A stretch of 64,000 bases of DNA, from assembly GCA_036172245.1 (NCBI GenBank), contig JAYWIR010000022.1, forward strand, positions 2,232,001 through 2,296,000. The letters are read 5' to 3'. The first letter of the stretch is position 1. Each line of letters opens with the position of its first letter. Below the pieces are notes generated by a model. It made no database searches and was not told the DNA's origin. It saw nothing but the letters and a program-made list of their open reading frames with translations. Below, piece by piece: positions 60,401 through 64,000 of this stretch. The position numbers were made by a program, and so were the translations under genes. This DNA comes from Raillietiella orientalis. Taxonomy: Eukaryota.

Positions 60401-61949
60401 CAAGACCCGGAGGAAAACGAGGGAGGGGGGGAGTGTCATTCATCTCTGGGAGATGTCCTGCCCCGTGCACATTCCCCTCTCGGACCGCGAGGGGAATGAC
60501 CCAGGGGCCGCGCCTGTTCGTGAGGCCGGACCCCAAGGTCGCCGACGGTTATAGCGTACGCCGACCCCGGAAGGGAGGGCAGAGGGACCGGCAGAAGCTG
60601 CGTGGAGGAAGGGACTCTTCGGTCGCGCCCTCCGCGCGCACCCCTCAGTCGCGTCGCTGGAGCAGTGGGGCCGGGCGCGGTCCGGGAGATACGGAGAAAG
60701 GGAGGGACGGGAGCCAGGGCGTAGCGCCCGCTTCCTCTTTGACGAAGGGCATTCGGAAGCTGCTGCTGCGGCCGCCCGCTGGAAGAGGCGCCTCTGCTAC
60801 TCGGATCAGTGGGACAGGAGGTGAGGGGGGGGGGGGAGAGAAGGGCTTTCCACGGCGTCTCTCGGGCGCACCGCGGGGAGGAGGAATTCCCACCGGAGAG
60901 GGCAGAGCCCGACCTCCTAATCCTGGGCAGGAGGGGGAACGGGCCGCTCCGGGCCGGGTCTTGCAATGCCCTCTCCGGTCGCGCGCGCACGTTCGACGCA
61001 ACCCCCTTCAGCTTCCGGAAACATCCGCCGGGCGGCGGCATCTCGGCTCTGAACCACCTTTGGCTGGCTGCTCCCTCGTCCTCGCTCCGGAACGCGCGGC
61101 CCGCTGCCTGGGGCCCCACGAGACGACGAGGGGGTGCTCCCGAACGGCGGCCTGGTCCCTGTCCACGGCGGCAGAAGCGCCATCACCATCGGGTGCTGGC
61201 ATCCCTGTTCTCCATCCTTCCGTCCCGCAGCCGCACCTCGGGGCCAAATGCAGGACGGAAACGACGGAGGCGAGAGGCTCTTTCTTCCCCCCGCCTCTCG
61301 TCAAGACCCCCGCGCGTAGAAGTGTGCCCTCGTGCGCTTTAAGAGGGATGGCGAGGGAGGGGGCAAGCAGCCTTCGAGCGAAGGAGGAGGCTTCCCGAAG
61401 GACGGGGGCTCACCCGAGAACGCTTCCCGGACGGCGGCGGATGCGGTCGCCCTGCTGTCGCTCCACGCCGCAAATCCCCCCCCCCTCCCAGTGACGTCAC
61501 AAGGTGGCGGTCCGAAAACCTGCCTCTTCGGGAGGAGATGGGTGGGACGAGACGAGGCACCGCCGGGGGGCGGGGCAGCAGCGGCAGCTCGTGAGTGTTA
61601 GAGCCGCTGCAGCAAGCGGCTCTGACACTCACTCGTGGGCGCTCTCGAGCAGACAGGCGGGACCATCTCACTCAGCTGATTTTGTGGGAAGGGAGGGGGG
61701 ATCGGCTGATGGCCGAGCGCCTGCTGCGTTCATGACGTCATCGCGTGTCTGCCTTCCCCTTTCCTGCCGTGAGATGGAAGCTCCGATGCGGGGAGGTGTC
61801 CTCCGGACGCCTCCCTTGATCCCTTTTACCTCCCTGCCTTCCTTGCCGCTGCTGCTGCCCGTCTTGGCTTCGAAACAGCCAAGCAGTGAAGGAAGGCGCT
61901 GGTCTCGGACGAAGGAACTTCGGTGCCATCTGCCGGCGCTTCCAGGAAG

Positions 61950-62870
61950 CTGCGCTCGCTACTATGGGGTGGAAGCAGCGCCGCGGCTACCCATGCCGGT
62001 CCCACATGTTCCCGAAGTCCACCTATGTGGAGGGAGAAATGGACGACGGTGCACTTCGTCCGCGTCTGTCTTGAGCTCCAGGCTAGGCGAGGGTGCTGTG
62101 AGAAACGGGAGCTCAGGTCTCCTAGAAAGGGGGTCGAGCCGGAGGCCTGTTGGACCAATTCCTGCAGAGCTTTCTGGGAAGGAAGGGCTCCCAGCGCCTT
62201 TTCCGCTTCTGCTCCTCCGAGGGAGAAAAGGTCGTCTTCCGTGACGATACTGGGCAGAACGGGAGCGACTAGCAACCCTCCGGTAAGCTGTTCCCTTCCT
62301 TGAGGCGCTCCGAGTGGGCAGGAAGAACCTCCCTCATCGCAGCGCTGCCCTCCCTGAGGGAACATCTGGGCAGCAGCATCGCGGCGAAATGGGAGGTTAC
62401 TGTGACCATCTCCGGAAGGGAGAAAGGACCGGGTGAGCAGAAGACGAGCAAGCTCACCGACTCTGCAACCTCCCACTAAAGTCGGCGCTGCTGCTGCTGA
62501 ACTGGGGTCTCCCGTGCAACGCTTGCCGTCATCACTGGACACAGAGGGAGGGCTGTGGACCCGAACTGTTCCAGGTGCGGAGAGCAGGAATCTCTCCCTC
62601 ACCTGCTTGTGGATTGAGTTGCGCTCCGTCCCCTTTGGGAGCGCCTTGCCGCGACCCTAGGAACCCCCGGCGGCAACTCCAGGGACGCTGTTAGACCCGT
62701 CTTCGTACGCGATGCCCTTCGTCCGGCAGCCTCGCTAGCTGCCCTGCCTGGAGCAGATCTCGCTAGCCGCGAGATCGTCGCTACCTGAAGCGACGCAAGA
62801 GGAGGGCACAATATCCACTTTGCCGTCCGATTCATGAGGATGGCAACAAGATGGCCCCATCCGGACAGCA
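61950..62870 (-). mobile_element. DIRS tyrosine recombinase remnant
   Basis: TLVGGCRVGELARL (~L.SARRVGEL.AL); LVAPVL (~LCPV..L); SSRQTR (~AHSTR); PAWVAAALLPPH (~A.W.S..TF..HY). Confidence 0.5.
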
Positions 62871-64000
62871 ATATCCATCAAGACCTCACCGGCATCCTAC
62901 AGAGGATGCACAGGACTGCCACCAGCATACAGTGACCCCTTCCCGCACCCCCCAAAGTTTATTCATCTTTATTTTTTCTTTCTTTTTTTTTTGTTGTTTG
63001 TTTGCCCCCTTTCCTCTGCTGCCGTGGCAGGCCGCGCCGGTCTGCGAACCGGTGACGAGGCAGGCTCACACAAAAAGCGCGTGGTTGGACCGCCGCTCCA
63101 ACCACAGTCCTCATAAAATGTTTATTTTTTTATTGAAATGAACGCCCGGCGCACCCTGGTGAGAATCGAAGCGCTCAGAGGCCGCGGACCGTTCTTGGGG
63201 TCGGCTGGCTGCATGCAGGCAGGGGGAGGGCGCAAGCGAGCGCCTTCCCCTCTGCCATCCCGGCGCTTTTCCCTTCTCAAGACCCGTGCGGAGTCTCCAC
63301 GCAATCCCTGCCAAGAAGGGAAGCGAAGCCGTTCCTTCCGGGACTTCCAGGGAGGGAATTTCCGCTCCTTCGGACGAGTAAATGGCGTCTCGAACTCCGC
63401 GGGGGGAGGGGAGAAGGGGAGGATGCAGGTCCGATGAATCCCACGCCCCGTAGGGGGAGGCGGCGTTTCCGGGGAACTGGCGCGCCGCCACTCCTCCACG
63501 CGGGCAGACGCTGCCTCTGCTGAAAAACCGAGGCTGGCTGGCTGGGCGAGCCTTCCGCAGTGCCCGCTTCGCGGCAGCACCGGCGGCATCGGTTGCGCGC
63601 CCGAGATCCGAGAGTCCCGGCGAAAAAACGCGCCGAAGGCGAGGGCGGGCCCCGACCTCGCCCTCTTCGTGCCGTTCCGGGCCACCTCGGAGTCGCAACA
63701 GGGGCGGAGCAGGCCGGGAAGCGCGCCGTGATCCCAGGCAACCTTCGCGGGCGTTGCCGTCGTCGCAACGAACGCCTTCACGAGCGCTCTGAAAGCGCCC
63801 CGCGTGTGCGCTGGCACGGGACCACCTCAAGGCGCAGGATGCCTCCTCCTCCACCCGTCCCGCGCGCGCCCTTCCCACACACACACACCGGCGAGCAGGG
63901 CTGCCAACTGACGCCCAAATAAATAATTAGGAACAAGTGCCCGCGAGCTGGCGACAAACCCTGGCAGCTCTCCTTCCCGGCTACCCGTCCAAACTTCTCC

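Overview
Eukaryotic, probably invertebrate-animal, genomic DNA that is GC- and CpG-rich and full of homopolymers and microsatellites. The only well-supported host gene is a five-exon, + strand glutathionyl-hydroquinone reductase (Xi-class/omega-like GST, YqjG/ECM4 family). Its CDS is join(27029..27137,37114..37292,43972..44243,55270..55480,56378..56599), 993 nt or 330 aa. All introns are GT-AG with matching phases, and a TATA plus TCAGTC-initiator promoter lies upstream. Most remaining sequence is heavily decayed transposon fossil (DIRS/Ngaro, L2, CR1-like, I-group, RTE, Vingi-like, L1/Tx1, Helitron, hAT, Harbinger), recognised by eye from degenerate motifs, so boundaries are approximate. The most unusual structure is a pair of ~1.6 kb near-identical inverted repeats (16593-18194 and 35446-37037). 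They enclose ~17.2 kb containing the promoter and exon 1, and the right arm stops just before the exon 2 acceptor. This is a candidate invertible or gene-converting locus. Nearly all long ORFs in the supplied track are GC-rich artefacts.
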